From NCBI GenBank assembly GCA_037445735.1, contig JBBIJY010000010.1, positions 34,600 to 98,599 on the forward strand: a stretch of 64,000 nucleotides of DNA, written 5' to 3'. Made by a program: the position numbers and the translations under genes. Source of the stretch: Armatimonadota bacterium (GTDB lineage: Bacteria > Armatimonadota > Fimbriimonadia > Fimbriimonadales > GBS-DC). This document shows, piece after piece, positions 24,860 through 34,817 of this stretch. Under the pieces are notes generated by a model. The model ran no database searches and had not been told where the DNA came from. It saw only the letters and a list, made by a program, of their open reading frames with translations. The first letter of the stretch is position 1, and the number at the start of each line of letters is the position of its first letter.

Positions 24860-25384
24860 ATGATGTACAAGGGAATGCTGTGGCTTTCGGTTGTGGCGCT
24901 GGTGGGAACGCTAACGCTGGTGGCGCCAGCCTGTGCGCAAGAGACGAATCAGCAGGGCTATACGCTATCGGTCGGAGCGTTTTTCCCCTCCAAGAGCGCC
25001 GTGCGTGATGCAACGCAGGATGTGTGGTTCACCGTCGATCTCTCCTACACCTTCCAGACCAGCGAGCCGACCGAGTCGGGCTACTACTACGATCTGGGCG
25101 TGTTCGCGGGATTCTACGGCTCTGGGGATGTGCGTAACATCCCGGTGGGACTGAGCTTCACGGGCTACCTCAACGAACAGTTCTTCTACCGGGCAACCGC
25201 CGGCATCGGCTTTGCGCGTCGCGTGAACGGGGATGATACGACGGGCTTCGCCTGGTCAGTGGGCTTCGGCTACAACTTCAGTGCGGGCACCACACCGCTT
25301 GCTCTCTTCGTTGGCTACAACGGTCAGACAGGCGTGAATGATGAGCTGAACGGGATTGCCGTCACGCTCCAGTTCCGCTTCTGA
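24860..25384 (+). CDS. Small outer-membrane beta-barrel protein
   Basis: Signal peptide, amphipathic aromatic strands, C-terminal QFRF. Confidence 0.75.
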   Translation: MMYKGMLWLSVVALVGTLTLVAPACAQETNQQGYTLSVGAFFPSKSAVRDATQDVWFTVDLSYTFQTSEPTESGYYYDLGVFAGFYGSGDVRNIPVGLSFTGYLNEQFFYRATAGIGFARRVNGDDTTGFAWSVGFGYNFSAGTTPLALFVGYNGQTGVNDELNGIAVTLQFRF

Positions 25385-25409
25385 ACCCCAGTAGCCCCAA
25401 CCCGCAAAA

Positions 25410-25441
25410 AATCCCCCCACCGGCACCCCGGTGGGGGGATT
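25410..25441. terminator. Intrinsic terminator-like hairpin
   Basis: aatccccccaccgg-cacc-ccggtggggggatt perfect inverted repeat after the stop codon. Confidence 0.75.
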
Positions 25442-25554
25442 GACTGCATTCTGGAAGGAAGGTTACTCTCCATCCGATATAGACTCGTGGAAACGCCAAA
25501 AGCGGACAGCAGCTGCAGAACCCCGTAAAAAGACGCGCGTCTAACCTTATCGGG

Positions 25555-26163
25555 ATGGCTCATCGAGCGCGTGCGTTCACGCTTGTCGAATTGCTCATTG
25601 TGCTGGCGATCGTGGCGATTGTGCTGGCTCTGCTGATGCCCGTTTACATGCTGTCGCGGCGAGGTGCACAGCGAGCCGTCTGCATTTCGAATCTGCGTCA
25701 GATTGGGCTGGCAGTACGCATGTATCGGGACGACTATCAGGAGTTGCCGCCCTATCTATCGGCGGTGCGTTCCTATCTCGGTGATACTCGCCTCTTTATT
25801 TGTCCGGTCGACCCGCTGCAGGGTCAGCACAGGGTGGAGTCGACGCTGGGCGACAATTTTCGGCTGGAGGGCAACCACTACCTGCCGAGTGGGGTGAGCT
25901 ATACCTATGTGCCGAACTGGGCGATTGCCCGCATGCTGGGCTGGTGGCAGCCCGGTCCGCCGTATGGCGAGGGCAAATGGGGCGAGCTGACCCCGCTCTC
26001 CGAATGCCACTGGCACTGGGCACGCCAGTTCAATCCCGTCTGGCAGCGGGATCGCATTACGAATGCGCGCGGCTGGGTGCTCATCCTCACGCTCAACGGC
26101 GCCGTGCGCAAAATCCGCGCTGAAACCCCTCCGGAGGACTTTTCACCTGACGACTACCGCTGA
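25555..26163 (+). CDS. Prepilin-type N-terminal cleavage/methylation domain protein
   Basis: RAFTLVELLIVLAIVAI..P; CISNLRQIGLA; FICP. Confidence 0.88.
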   Translation: MAHRARAFTLVELLIVLAIVAIVLALLMPVYMLSRRGAQRAVCISNLRQIGLAVRMYRDDYQELPPYLSAVRSYLGDTRLFICPVDPLQGQHRVESTLGDNFRLEGNHYLPSGVSYTYVPNWAIARMLGWWQPGPPYGEGKWGELTPLSECHWHWARQFNPVWQRDRITNARGWVLILTLNGAVRKIRAETPPEDFSPDDYR

Positions 26164-26239
26164 GCTGAGGGGCACTACTGCAGGCGGGATGCGGTACAAT
26201 AATATGACAGCCCCGATCGCACGGGAGTGTAAGGAGGCG

Positions 26240-27319
26240 ATGGTTATGCGCGTTGGCATTTTGACAGGTGGGGGCGACTGCCCCGGTCTGAATCCCGCGA
26301 TACGGGGCGCAACGCTGCGCCTGATACGCGACGGTCATACACCCGTCGGCATCCAGCACGGCTGGCGCGGACTGGTGGAAGGCTGGACCGTTCCTCTCAG
26401 CGTCGAGCGCGTGGACGAGATCATCCGGGAGGGCGGCACCATTCTGGGCACCTCCCGCACGAACCCGTTCAAGCAGGAGGGCGACCTCCAGCGCCTGCTG
26501 GAGAACTATCGCGCCCTTCAACTGGATGCCCTGATCGCCATCGGCGGGGAGGACACGCTGGGCGTCGCCAACCGCCTCTACCAGGAGCATCAGCTCCCGG
26601 TCGTCGGCGTGCCCAAAACGATGGATAACGATTTAAGTGGCACCGACTTCACCTTCGGGTTTGATAGCGCGGTCTCGGTCGCGGTGGAGGCGATGGATCG
26701 CCTGCGCGACACCGCCAAATCGCACGCGCGCATCATTGTGCTGGAGGTGATGGGGCGCCATGCCGGCTGGGTCGCGCTCTATGCGGGCATCGGCGGCGGC
26801 GCCGACTGGATTCTGATCCCCGAAGTGCCCATCGACCTGCACGAGATGTGCGACTACCTGCGCCAGCTCTATGCCGCGGGCAAGCGCTATGCGCTGGTGG
26901 TCGTCTCCGAAGGGGTGGAGCTGCCGTTTGAGCATGATGGGCAGCCGATAGCCACCGACGACTTCGGGCATCCCGTGCTGCGCGAGCGCGCGGTCGGCGC
27001 CCGAATCGCCCAGAAAATCGAAGAGATAACGGGCTTCGAAACGCGCTATGCGGTCATCGGGCATATTCAGCGAGGCGGACCGCCAACGGTGTTCGACCGC
27101 GTGCTGGCGACGCGACTGGCGCTCAAAGCCGCCGAGCTGGTGCATGAGCGCCAGTTCGGGCTGATGGCGGCATTGCGCGGCACCGAGATTGTGGCGATCC
27201 CGCTGGCGGAGGCGGTGCGCGCCCCGAAGTTAGTGCCGCGCGAATTCTACGAGCAGGCGCGACAGATCTTTCAGCGGATACAGTATCAGCCCGAACCACA
27301 GGGCAGCGGAACGCCGTAG
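26240..27319 (+). CDS. pfkA: 6-phosphofructokinase
   Basis: ILTGGGDCPGLN, GGTILGTSR, IGGEDT, PKTMDND, EVMGRHAGW, GHIQRGG. Confidence 0.95.
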   Translation: MVMRVGILTGGGDCPGLNPAIRGATLRLIRDGHTPVGIQHGWRGLVEGWTVPLSVERVDEIIREGGTILGTSRTNPFKQEGDLQRLLENYRALQLDALIAIGGEDTLGVANRLYQEHQLPVVGVPKTMDNDLSGTDFTFGFDSAVSVAVEAMDRLRDTAKSHARIIVLEVMGRHAGWVALYAGIGGGADWILIPEVPIDLHEMCDYLRQLYAAGKRYALVVVSEGVELPFEHDGQPIATDDFGHPVLRERAVGARIAQKIEEITGFETRYAVIGHIQRGGPPTVFDRVLATRLALKAAELVHERQFGLMAALRGTEIVAIPLAEAVRAPKLVPREFYEQARQIFQRIQYQPEPQGSGTP

Positions 27320-27946
27320 GGGCACCCAGCTCTCCAGCGGGCGTGCCTGTAGCTCCGCCTCAATTGCCCGAACGACCGCGGGGTGATAGCGCGTGCCGGC
27401 GCCGGCCTGCAACACGCTCAGCGCCGCCTCATAGCCCTCCCGCTGAGCCTGCTCCATCAGGTCCGACAGCGCCGACAGCAGGTGCGCGCTCAGCGGGGCA
27501 TCAGGCTGCTGCGCATAACTCACATGATGAAGGCGCACCAGCGGCGCAACCCCACTCAAGCCCGGAATCTGCTCCACCATCGCCGCGCTGATCTCCGCAT
27601 GCCGCATGAGCGTCAGCTGCTCCATCGGTGAGAGGGGCGTCGTTTTATTCAACAGCGCATAGGGCAAGCTCACCATGCTGATGTCGCGCAGGTAGACCGA
27701 TAGCTCCAGCTGTTTGCGTTCCTGCGCGTCGAGTCCCAATCGCGCGCTGACCGCCCGCGCTAACTGCGCCATGGTTTCGGTGTCCCCGTAGCGACCCTGG
27801 GTGCGCAGCTCAATCACCTTCGCGAACGCCCGCAGGGTCTGACAGCGCCAGCGATGGAGCTGGGCGGGTAGAAAAATAAAAGCATAATAGCCCAGCGCAC
27901 CGATCGAAGCCAGCACCACTGCCAGACCCAGCCACAGGTTCTCCAT
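27230..27946 (-). CDS. Degenerate HD-GYP domain protein with one N-terminal TM
   Basis: YLRDISM in place of LHDIGK; HHVSY without the GYP loop; GAGTRYHPAVV tail; 3' end overlaps pfkA. Confidence 0.75.
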   Translation of the reverse strand: MENLWLGLAVVLASIGALGYYAFIFLPAQLHRWRCQTLRAFAKVIELRTQGRYGDTETMAQLARAVSARLGLDAQERKQLELSVYLRDISMVSLPYALLNKTTPLSPMEQLTLMRHAEISAAMVEQIPGLSGVAPLVRLHHVSYAQQPDAPLSAHLLSALSDLMEQAQREGYEAALSVLQAGAGTRYHPAVVRAIEAELQARPLESWVPLRRSAALWFGLILYPLKDLSRLLVEFARH

Positions 27947-27949
27947 CGC

Positions 27950-29302
27950 TTACCTCCGTGCTCCCTCCTGATACGGCAACCATTCCTGCACCACCTGCTC
28001 GAACACCTGCACCACCTGCGGGTCGAACTGCGTGCCTGCGCCGCGTCGCAGCTCGTTCAGCGCTTCGGGAATGGTGAGCGAGCGCCGATACTGGCGCTGC
28101 TGGCTGGGCGCCTCGCCGCCGATCATCGCGTCGAAGGCGTCCACGACGGCGATAATCCGCGCCTCCAGCGGAATCTGGTCGCCTCGCAGACCGTGCGGGT
28201 AGCCTTTGCCATCGGGGCGCTCATGGTGATAGGCAATCCAGGGCACAATCGCGTTCAGGAACGGCACATCGGTGAGGATCTCCGCGCCCAGCTGCGGATG
28301 GCGTTGCACCTGCTCCCATTCGCGCGGGGTCAGTCGCCCCGGTTTGTTGAGGATTCGTTCATCCAGCACCGTTTTGCCGAGGTCGTGCAGGAGCGCGGCT
28401 TCGTAGATGAGTTCACAGCGTTCGGGGGGTAGCCCCAGCCGCTCGGCGACACGCCGACCCCACTGCGCCACCCGTTGCAGATGCCCCCCAGTGTACGGAT
28501 GCGCCCGCTGAATCAAAAAGCCCAGACTGCGGATTGTCTGATGATACAGCTCATGCTGGCGTGTGGAGAGAATGAACGCCTGGCGCAGCGCCAGATAGGG
28601 CGCCAGCACGGTCAGTGAACCCGTAAATCCATAAAGATGGAGCATCGCCATCAACAACAGGCTCAGCGGGAACATCGGCAGCGTCTCCCGCGGCAAATCG
28701 AGCAGCGACTCGCGCAGCACCCACCCGAAGCGCACACCCTCCGCCAGCGCCACTGTGACCGACACCAGCAGGTTATTGATCAGGCTATAAACGACCAGAA
28801 TAGTGAACAGAGCCAGCACAGCAACGGCAGGCGAGGCAAAGAAAGTGTTCACAGACCCGCGGAACCCATCCAGCAGGTGCTGGAACGCGATGGGACAGGC
28901 GCCGGCGGCAGCGGCGCACAGCACGCTCTGTGCCGTGTTGAGCCACACCCAGCGCAGGTGCGACTGTTTGAGCCGCGCGGTGAGCAGTCCTGCGCCGAAG
29001 GTGACGCCCGCATCCAGCCACACGCCCATCGCCCAGCCATACAGCAAAATCACCGCCGCCACGATGGGCGTGCTGACGCTCACCCAGATGCCGCGATCGG
29101 TATAGCCCTGGCGGAGCGGATAGCGGATCAGCAGCAGCTCGCCCAATAGTGCAACGATTGCCAGTCCCAGCAGCAGGGGCAGTTGTCCCGCCTGCTGAAT
29201 GGGGCTACCCGCCACCATCAGAATCAGTATCGCCGTTGCCGACAGCAGTCCGCTCCAGAGCCAGTGCCGCCTCCGCAGCTGATTCCTGTGCGCGATTGCC
29301 AT
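27950..29302 (-). CDS. Membrane-sensor HD-GYP phosphodiesterase
   Basis: About 7 TM helices, then YTGGHLQRV, LLHDLGK, HHERPDGKGYP, ARIIAVVDAFDAM, GTQFDP. Confidence 0.92.
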   Translation of the reverse strand: MAIAHRNQLRRRHWLWSGLLSATAILILMVAGSPIQQAGQLPLLLGLAIVALLGELLLIRYPLRQGYTDRGIWVSVSTPIVAAVILLYGWAMGVWLDAGVTFGAGLLTARLKQSHLRWVWLNTAQSVLCAAAAGACPIAFQHLLDGFRGSVNTFFASPAVAVLALFTILVVYSLINNLLVSVTVALAEGVRFGWVLRESLLDLPRETLPMFPLSLLLMAMLHLYGFTGSLTVLAPYLALRQAFILSTRQHELYHQTIRSLGFLIQRAHPYTGGHLQRVAQWGRRVAERLGLPPERCELIYEAALLHDLGKTVLDERILNKPGRLTPREWEQVQRHPQLGAEILTDVPFLNAIVPWIAYHHERPDGKGYPHGLRGDQIPLEARIIAVVDAFDAMIGGEAPSQQRQYRRSLTIPEALNELRRGAGTQFDPQVVQVFEQVVQEWLPYQEGARR

Positions 29303-29405
29303 TGTTCGTTTCCGATGCGGCTATAGGCGGCAGCCAGTGCCGCTGGGAACGAGGTTCACTTTCAGGCAGGGCAAGCGCGTCGCGCTATCCTTTCCAGTGC
29401 GCCCT

Positions 29406-29543
29406 TTAAGGGGTGGGCAACACCACAGTATTGGGTTGCGCCTCCAGCGGGTCATCCCAGCGGTGCGGATAGTACACCTTCTTCGCGCTGGCAACCGCCA
29501 TCAGCGCAACGAGCGCAGCCATCAGAACGAGCCACCGTCGCAT
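29406..29543 (-). CDS. 45-aa putative secreted peptide
   Basis: AGGAGGGA RBS; MRRWLVLMAALVALMAVASA (signal peptide, AxA) then KKVYYPHRWDDPLEAQPNTVVLPTP. Confidence 0.65.
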   Translation of the reverse strand: MRRWLVLMAALVALMAVASAKKVYYPHRWDDPLEAQPNTVVLPTP

Positions 29544-29647
29544 CAGCTGTTCCCTCCTGTCGAGAATATGCGTCGCTCGGTTCCGCTCCGCTTCTGCGCT
29601 CGCCCTGCCCGATAGGGCGCATCTGCGGGATATGCGCCCCAAAACAG

Positions 29648-30346
29648 CTAATTCGCTTCCGTTACGGGTTCCTGAATCATCACCGCCGCCTCTGGCGTCG
29701 GCTCAAAATCGCTGGGAAACGCGACCACACGCCGATTGACCGCGTCCAGGGTCGCCAGCCCGATCGCCCGATAGGGGTCTTGACGCACCAGCGCGCTGCC
29801 CACCAGCAAATCCTCTCCATTATCACGCACCGCGCTCACCAGCACCACCGCCACCGGATACCCTGCCAGCACCGTGTTGGTCGACACATCTTCGAGCCCG
29901 AACCGCTCGTGCAGCCCGTGCGCCGATTCGACCGCTCGCAGCGTGGCGGCGGCGACCAATCGGGGAAGTTGCGTGCTCACGCGCACACCCGATGCCACGC
30001 CCCGATAGACCTGACCACCCCGCTCCACGAACACCGTCACGGTCGCTCGCGTGCCTTCCTGAACAATCTGCAAATCGAGCCAGCGCAGGCGTGCCGAAGT
30101 ATACCCGCGCCCCACACTTTTTTGCGCCACGCTCACCTTGCGATGGTCGATATTCACGCCGAAGTGAGCCATCAGAGCCGATTCGACATCGCGCACCACC
30201 TGCTTCGGGTTCCGATCGCCCTCCACCAGCAGGTGAATCTCCTGAATGATACCCTTTTCATCCGCCACCACACGCGCCCCGCACACGCCTTTCAGCTCGC
30301 GCAGGGTCGCCTCGATCTGGGTTGCACTCCAGCGACGCTCCACCAT
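29648..30346 (-). CDS. Conserved hypothetical protein
   Basis: AGGAGGT RBS; EIHLL..RNPKQVVRDVESAL..IDHRKVSVAQ; C-terminal LVGSALV..ATLDAVNRR. Confidence 0.8.
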   Translation of the reverse strand: MVERRWSATQIEATLRELKGVCGARVVADEKGIIQEIHLLVEGDRNPKQVVRDVESALMAHFGVNIDHRKVSVAQKSVGRGYTSARLRWLDLQIVQEGTRATVTVFVERGGQVYRGVASGVRVSTQLPRLVAAATLRAVESAHGLHERFGLEDVSTNTVLAGYPVAVVLVSAVRDNGEDLLVGSALVRQDPYRAIGLATLDAVNRRVVAFPSDFEPTPEAAVMIQEPVTEAN

Positions 30347-30463
30347 CGCCTACCTCCTCTGGCACGCGCCTACGCACTGCACCAGACATCGCTCCAGAAA
30401 AAGCATCGAGGCAACAGCGACCACCCTTCACGCCACTGGCTATAGAATACTCGAATCGCCCCA

Positions 30464-30530
30464 CCGATTCCTGCTTAATTGCCTTTCCGTTGCACGATTT
30501 TCGACAGCGAATCGCCGATTCCTGCTTAAT
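30464..30530 (-). promoter_or_regulatory. Two identical 16-bp direct repeats upstream of the HD-GYP cassette
   Basis: ccgattcctgcttaat at 30464-30479 and 30515-30530. Confidence 0.6.
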
Positions 30531-30670
30531 CCGCATGCAACTGCGGCGATTGATTCAGGTGCGCCAGCCGCCTGGGGCTATTCGACGAAGCGATGGGGTA
30601 TCCTTTGAGTCGCATGAAGGCTGCACCTGCGATTGTGAATGCCCGTCATCAATTCAACAAGGGAAGGGTT

Positions 30671-30752
30671 GCCCGGGTGGCGGAATGGCAGACGCGGGGG
30701 ACTTAAAATCCTCTGGGGATAACCCGTGCGGGTTCGAGTCCCGCCCCGGGCA
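30671..30752 (+). tRNA. tRNA-Leu(UAA)
   Basis: GCCCGGG acceptor stem, GGCAGAC D-loop, CT-TAA-AA anticodon loop, long variable arm, GGTTCGAGTCC; CCA not encoded. Confidence 0.95.
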
Positions 30753-30826
30753 CAACTTATTGCGCTTCTCCTGCCCCACTGCCCCTGTATCTTGTGATTC
30801 TGCAGGCGCAAGACAGGAGGCAGAGA

Positions 30827-31108
30827 ATGGCGAAGACCTGGGGATTCGCGATTGTGGGCGTTTCCGAATCGCCCCTGCAGGAAGCCCTGCAACTGTGGCT
30901 GTTGCAGAAGGAACCCCAATCCGAATCGCGCGAAACCCTGCGCAGCTATGCACAAGTCGGGCGTGAGTTTGTGGATGCCCTCGCCCAGAGAGGTATCCAA
31001 GCTCTGGACACGGTGGGGCTCGAACCCGGTGGACTGTGTATTGCAGGCGTTGGCGCGGGCGTGAGCAACTTTTTCCATTATCGATGCCCGCTTTTTCGTC
31101 CTTTTTGA
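30827..31108 (+). pseudogene. Probable N-terminal remnant of a tyrosine integrase
   Basis: AGGAGG RBS; LQEALQLWL..SRETLRSYAQ..REF resembles an integrase SAM-like domain; lies right after a tRNA; no catalytic domain. Confidence 0.45.
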
Positions 31109-31210
31109 GTCATTAACATCGAAGCCCTCTCGTCATGGGCTTTACGGGTGGGGGAGCTGAACACTGAGCTGAACAGCTCCCCTCACCGGGAATAATAAGG
31201 AGACACAACC

Positions 31211-32302
31211 ATGTGGCGGAAAAGTGAAGTTCGAGCAGCCGAGCGCCAGCCAGCACCGAGCGCTCTTGTGAGGGATGGCGCCAGCACAGGCGCGAAGATA
31301 CAACCCGATTCTAAAGGCTGTCCCTGCAAAAGGCACAGTCTGTTGCTTCGTGCAACGGCAGTGTGGTTCCTCGTCGGATTAATTCAACCAGCCTCTCCAA
31401 TCGCCCAATATAACATGCGCGCGGATTTGCCTGCTGGTGTACGAAACGCGATTGTGCGAGTAAGTGGGATTACCGGGTCCGAGATAGACGGTGGTGGCTC
31501 TGGCACAGTGATACAGATTCATCCGGTAGCGCATGGCTGGTGGTTATGCGTGCTAACAGCCGATCATGTGGTGGGATTTTCTGAGCGCTGGGCGATCGGC
31601 TTTGGCAACGGCGGCTATGCAACGGGTACCCGTACTGGGGAGTTCACCGCAAACATCATGTATCGCGGTCCCGTCACCATTGGTGACGCTCGGGCTGACA
31701 TAGCACTGCTGGGTGTGTTCGTAGCGGACATGAACGGCAATGGTCAGCTGGATGAGATTCCCGAGATTACACCACTTTCCGTAGCAGAGCCACCTCATTA
31801 TTATATCGTAGCTGCGGGATACGGATGGTGGGGATATCCTGGGGACCCGCGCCGTTATAACACCCTGCAAACATACGGGCTTTTCGAGAATGGGCGGAAT
31901 ACCTGGGACAATCCCGATTCTGTGGAATATGAGGACATCACCCACCCCCGTGGTCAGCGCTATTTTTATCAGAGGTTGCGAGCCAATCTCGATTTCTTTC
32001 CCTGGTGGGACTGGCCTCCCTCCGAAGGGGAAGCTATGGTGCTACCTGGTGATTCGGGTGGTCCCACATTGCAGTTCGATGAGTACGGCACCCGGCGCTG
32101 GTTTCTCACAGGGGTACATTCGGTAGGGCAGGGGGGGGAATCGTTCGTTCAGGAAGGAGCCATGTGGGCAGATGTCCATGCCGGGCACTATCAAAATTGG
32201 ATCAACCAGGCTTGCGACACAATACCGGAGCCGGGCAGCCTTTGTGCTTTAGCGCTGGGGACGCTCAGCCTTCTGGTATGTCGGCGACGCAACAGGGCGT
32301 GA
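31211..32302 (+). CDS. Trypsin-like serine protease with PEP-CTERM tail
   Basis: VLTADHV, ADIALL, PGDSGGP, IPEPGS-TM-RRR. Confidence 0.85.
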   Translation: MWRKSEVRAAERQPAPSALVRDGASTGAKIQPDSKGCPCKRHSLLLRATAVWFLVGLIQPASPIAQYNMRADLPAGVRNAIVRVSGITGSEIDGGGSGTVIQIHPVAHGWWLCVLTADHVVGFSERWAIGFGNGGYATGTRTGEFTANIMYRGPVTIGDARADIALLGVFVADMNGNGQLDEIPEITPLSVAEPPHYYIVAAGYGWWGYPGDPRRYNTLQTYGLFENGRNTWDNPDSVEYEDITHPRGQRYFYQRLRANLDFFPWWDWPPSEGEAMVLPGDSGGPTLQFDEYGTRRWFLTGVHSVGQGGESFVQEGAMWADVHAGHYQNWINQACDTIPEPGSLCALALGTLSLLVCRRRNRA

Positions 32303-32388
32303 ACAGGCGTCCAGCCCTGTCTCCTCTCTGTATAAAGTGGTGGAAGCCTTTGGCTTCCACCACCTGCATCACGGATGAGAGGGCAGTT

Positions 32389-34677
32389 TTAGCAGCCCTG
32401 TCCGAAGTTGAACAGGATCATCAGCAGGTCGGCATCGTCCACGGTTCCGTCCCGATTGAGGTCCGTTAGTAGATTACTACCTGACCGCCCGAAGTCATAC
32501 AGCAGGCAGAGCAGGTCGGCATCATCCACACAGCCATCGCGGTTCACATCGCCCTGTGGGAGGCTATCTATGAGGCGATAGACCCGCAGTGCAAAGCCCA
32601 CATTGAGCAGAATTTCGGGTGTGCCATTGTTATCGATGTCGGCGACGCGCAGGCTGTCCAGTGCGCCCACATTACTGCCCAGCACAGGTGACTGCCAGAC
32701 GAGGTAGCGTCTCGCAGCAGGATCAAAGTAGCGGATGTGCAGTCGATCCCCTGCGCAGAACAGGATGTCGGGTTCCGCGGAGCCGATCAGGTTGGCAACC
32801 TGTAGCCCGTTAATCTGACTGCCGTAGTTGCCCAGCCCCTGCGCAATATTGCCATTAGTGGGGTTCATGATGTAGAGTGCGCCATTTGTGGTGCCGACCA
32901 GAATCTCCTCAATTCCGTTGCCGTCCAGATCTGCCAGTTCCAGTGCTGAGACCTGTCGGGCGCCCGTAATCAGTTGCTGCAATCGTGTCGCGCCGTCATA
33001 AATGATAATCTGCCCATCGCGTTCACCAATAACCAGCTCAAGCTGCGGATCGGTATCCACATTCCCGACGCGCAGGTAGTCAAGCGACGCCCAGTAGCTG
33101 AGACCCAGATTCACACTGCGCCATATCAGCGCGCCTGTGCGAGCGTTGTGGATGTAGGCGTAGACGCCAGTCGCACCTGTGTGTTCGCGGTTGCCTGTCA
33201 GCACCAGCTCGGGCGAGCCGTTGCGATCGACATCGGCAATTGCAATCGCTTTAATCTGAGAACCGTCCACTCCCGTGGTTCGATACTGCTCGCGGAAGGT
33301 CGATCCATCGTAGCAGATGACGAAGCCTGTGTAGCCGTTGCTGGCGTTGACGAAGATTTCCATCGGCGGGTCATCATCCACATTTGCCAGCGCAATTCGG
33401 GTCAGCCCGAGGGAAAACCCCGTCAGGCGCGGATGGGTGTAGAGCAGGTTCCATGTACGACCGTCGCGTACAAACCAGATGCCGTCTTCGTAGCCGCTAT
33501 CCGATGCCACACAGCCGTAGACAACCTCATTTGCGCCATCGCTGTTCAGATCGCCCACTGCGATGGCGTAGAAAGGCGGCACCAGATCTTGGCTTTGCCA
33601 CACTATCGTGAAGGTCTCGATGTCGCCGATGAAAAGGTAGTCGGGCCCTGTAGAGCTGTAGCCTGCTCCCCACAGCACCTCGTTGGTGCCGTCTCCGTCC
33701 GTATCAGCAACCACGATGTCCGTGACTCCATGCTCGGGATTGTTGAACGCGCCAAGCAGTGCCAGCGTCTCACCGTCGTGAATCCAGATTTGACCCCACT
33801 GCCCGTCGCCATAGATGATTTCGAGGCGCCCATCACGGTTCACATCACTCACAATCATCGCCGCGACATCGAGATCAGCCGACAGTTCGTAGAGTGGCGA
33901 ACGGTGGTAGGCGCTGAAGATCGTGATGCGATACCACGCATAGGCGCCCACAATCTCGTTAATCCCGTCGTTGTTCACATCGCCAATCTTCACGATATAG
34001 CCGAATCCGTTTGGATAGCTCCACTCAACAGCGCGAGTACGTCCGTTCAACACATAACCTGTCGATGTATTGTTGCCCACCACAATCTCCAGGTCGGAGT
34101 CTGCATCCACATTGCCCACAGCCACATCGTAGCCCGTGTAGCTTGGATTGGAATATTCGAGGGCACCCGTGTTCACATTGTAGATGAAAAGCCCATTCGA
34201 ACCCGTGAATACATACTCCAGTTGACCATCCGAGTCGACATCCACGATACTAAGCCCTGAAATCGCCGATGTAGCAGTGGGTGTGCGACGAACTTCGTGG
34301 TAGGTACACGAATCGTAAGCCAGAATCGCATTCCCGGAGGCAATCACAATCTCGGGGCGTGAATCGCCATCGATATCTGCCAGGCGGAGCGCGGAGATAC
34401 CTGCCGAATACAGCGTGGACACATAACGCATCTCCAGTCCATCACCAGCGCGATCCAGCACATACCAGAAATTGTTCTGACCGAAGGTGGTTCCGATGGA
34501 AGCAGCTGCCACGATTTCATCATCGCCATTCCGATCGAGGTCTACGGCGACTAAACCCCTGTCGCCGATTCCAACGCCGAAAGGAACATGTTGAAAGCGA
34601 AGCGCTATTTGCGGTGATTGCCCAAGCAGACAGCCCATCAGCAGCACTGCTGTCGCCAGTGTGAGCCATCCCTTCAT
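32389..34677 (-). CDS. Secreted FG-GAP/VCBS repeat protein with C-terminal dockerin-like (DDADLL) domain
   Basis: Many D-x-D-x-DG-x-x-E-I repeats; tail GDVNRDGCVDDADLL..DLNRDGTVDDADLL..FNFGQGC. Confidence 0.85.
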   Translation of the reverse strand: MKGWLTLATAVLLMGCLLGQSPQIALRFQHVPFGVGIGDRGLVAVDLDRNGDDEIVAAASIGTTFGQNNFWYVLDRAGDGLEMRYVSTLYSAGISALRLADIDGDSRPEIVIASGNAILAYDSCTYHEVRRTPTATSAISGLSIVDVDSDGQLEYVFTGSNGLFIYNVNTGALEYSNPSYTGYDVAVGNVDADSDLEIVVGNNTSTGYVLNGRTRAVEWSYPNGFGYIVKIGDVNNDGINEIVGAYAWYRITIFSAYHRSPLYELSADLDVAAMIVSDVNRDGRLEIIYGDGQWGQIWIHDGETLALLGAFNNPEHGVTDIVVADTDGDGTNEVLWGAGYSSTGPDYLFIGDIETFTIVWQSQDLVPPFYAIAVGDLNSDGANEVVYGCVASDSGYEDGIWFVRDGRTWNLLYTHPRLTGFSLGLTRIALANVDDDPPMEIFVNASNGYTGFVICYDGSTFREQYRTTGVDGSQIKAIAIADVDRNGSPELVLTGNREHTGATGVYAYIHNARTGALIWRSVNLGLSYWASLDYLRVGNVDTDPQLELVIGERDGQIIIYDGATRLQQLITGARQVSALELADLDGNGIEEILVGTTNGALYIMNPTNGNIAQGLGNYGSQINGLQVANLIGSAEPDILFCAGDRLHIRYFDPAARRYLVWQSPVLGSNVGALDSLRVADIDNNGTPEILLNVGFALRVYRLIDSLPQGDVNRDGCVDDADLLCLLYDFGRSGSNLLTDLNRDGTVDDADLLMILFNFGQGC

Positions 34678-34817
34678 CGCTATCCCTCCAGTTCTACCCG
34701 AATAGCATGGGGCTGCAAAGGCATCATACCCCAGGGCGTAAGGCATTATACCCCATGGCGTGTCGAAGGGCGATTGCTGGAGGCGTGCGGTCTATCGATG
34801 CCTGCTACTGGCGCTCG

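Noticed and set aside
30671-30752. Intron in tRNA-Leu(UAA), the classic host
   Set aside because: The anticodon loop is contiguous; no insert.
31110-31200. Riboswitch upstream of the PEP-CTERM protease
   Set aside because: Only a simple hairpin is visible; no aptamer consensus recognised.
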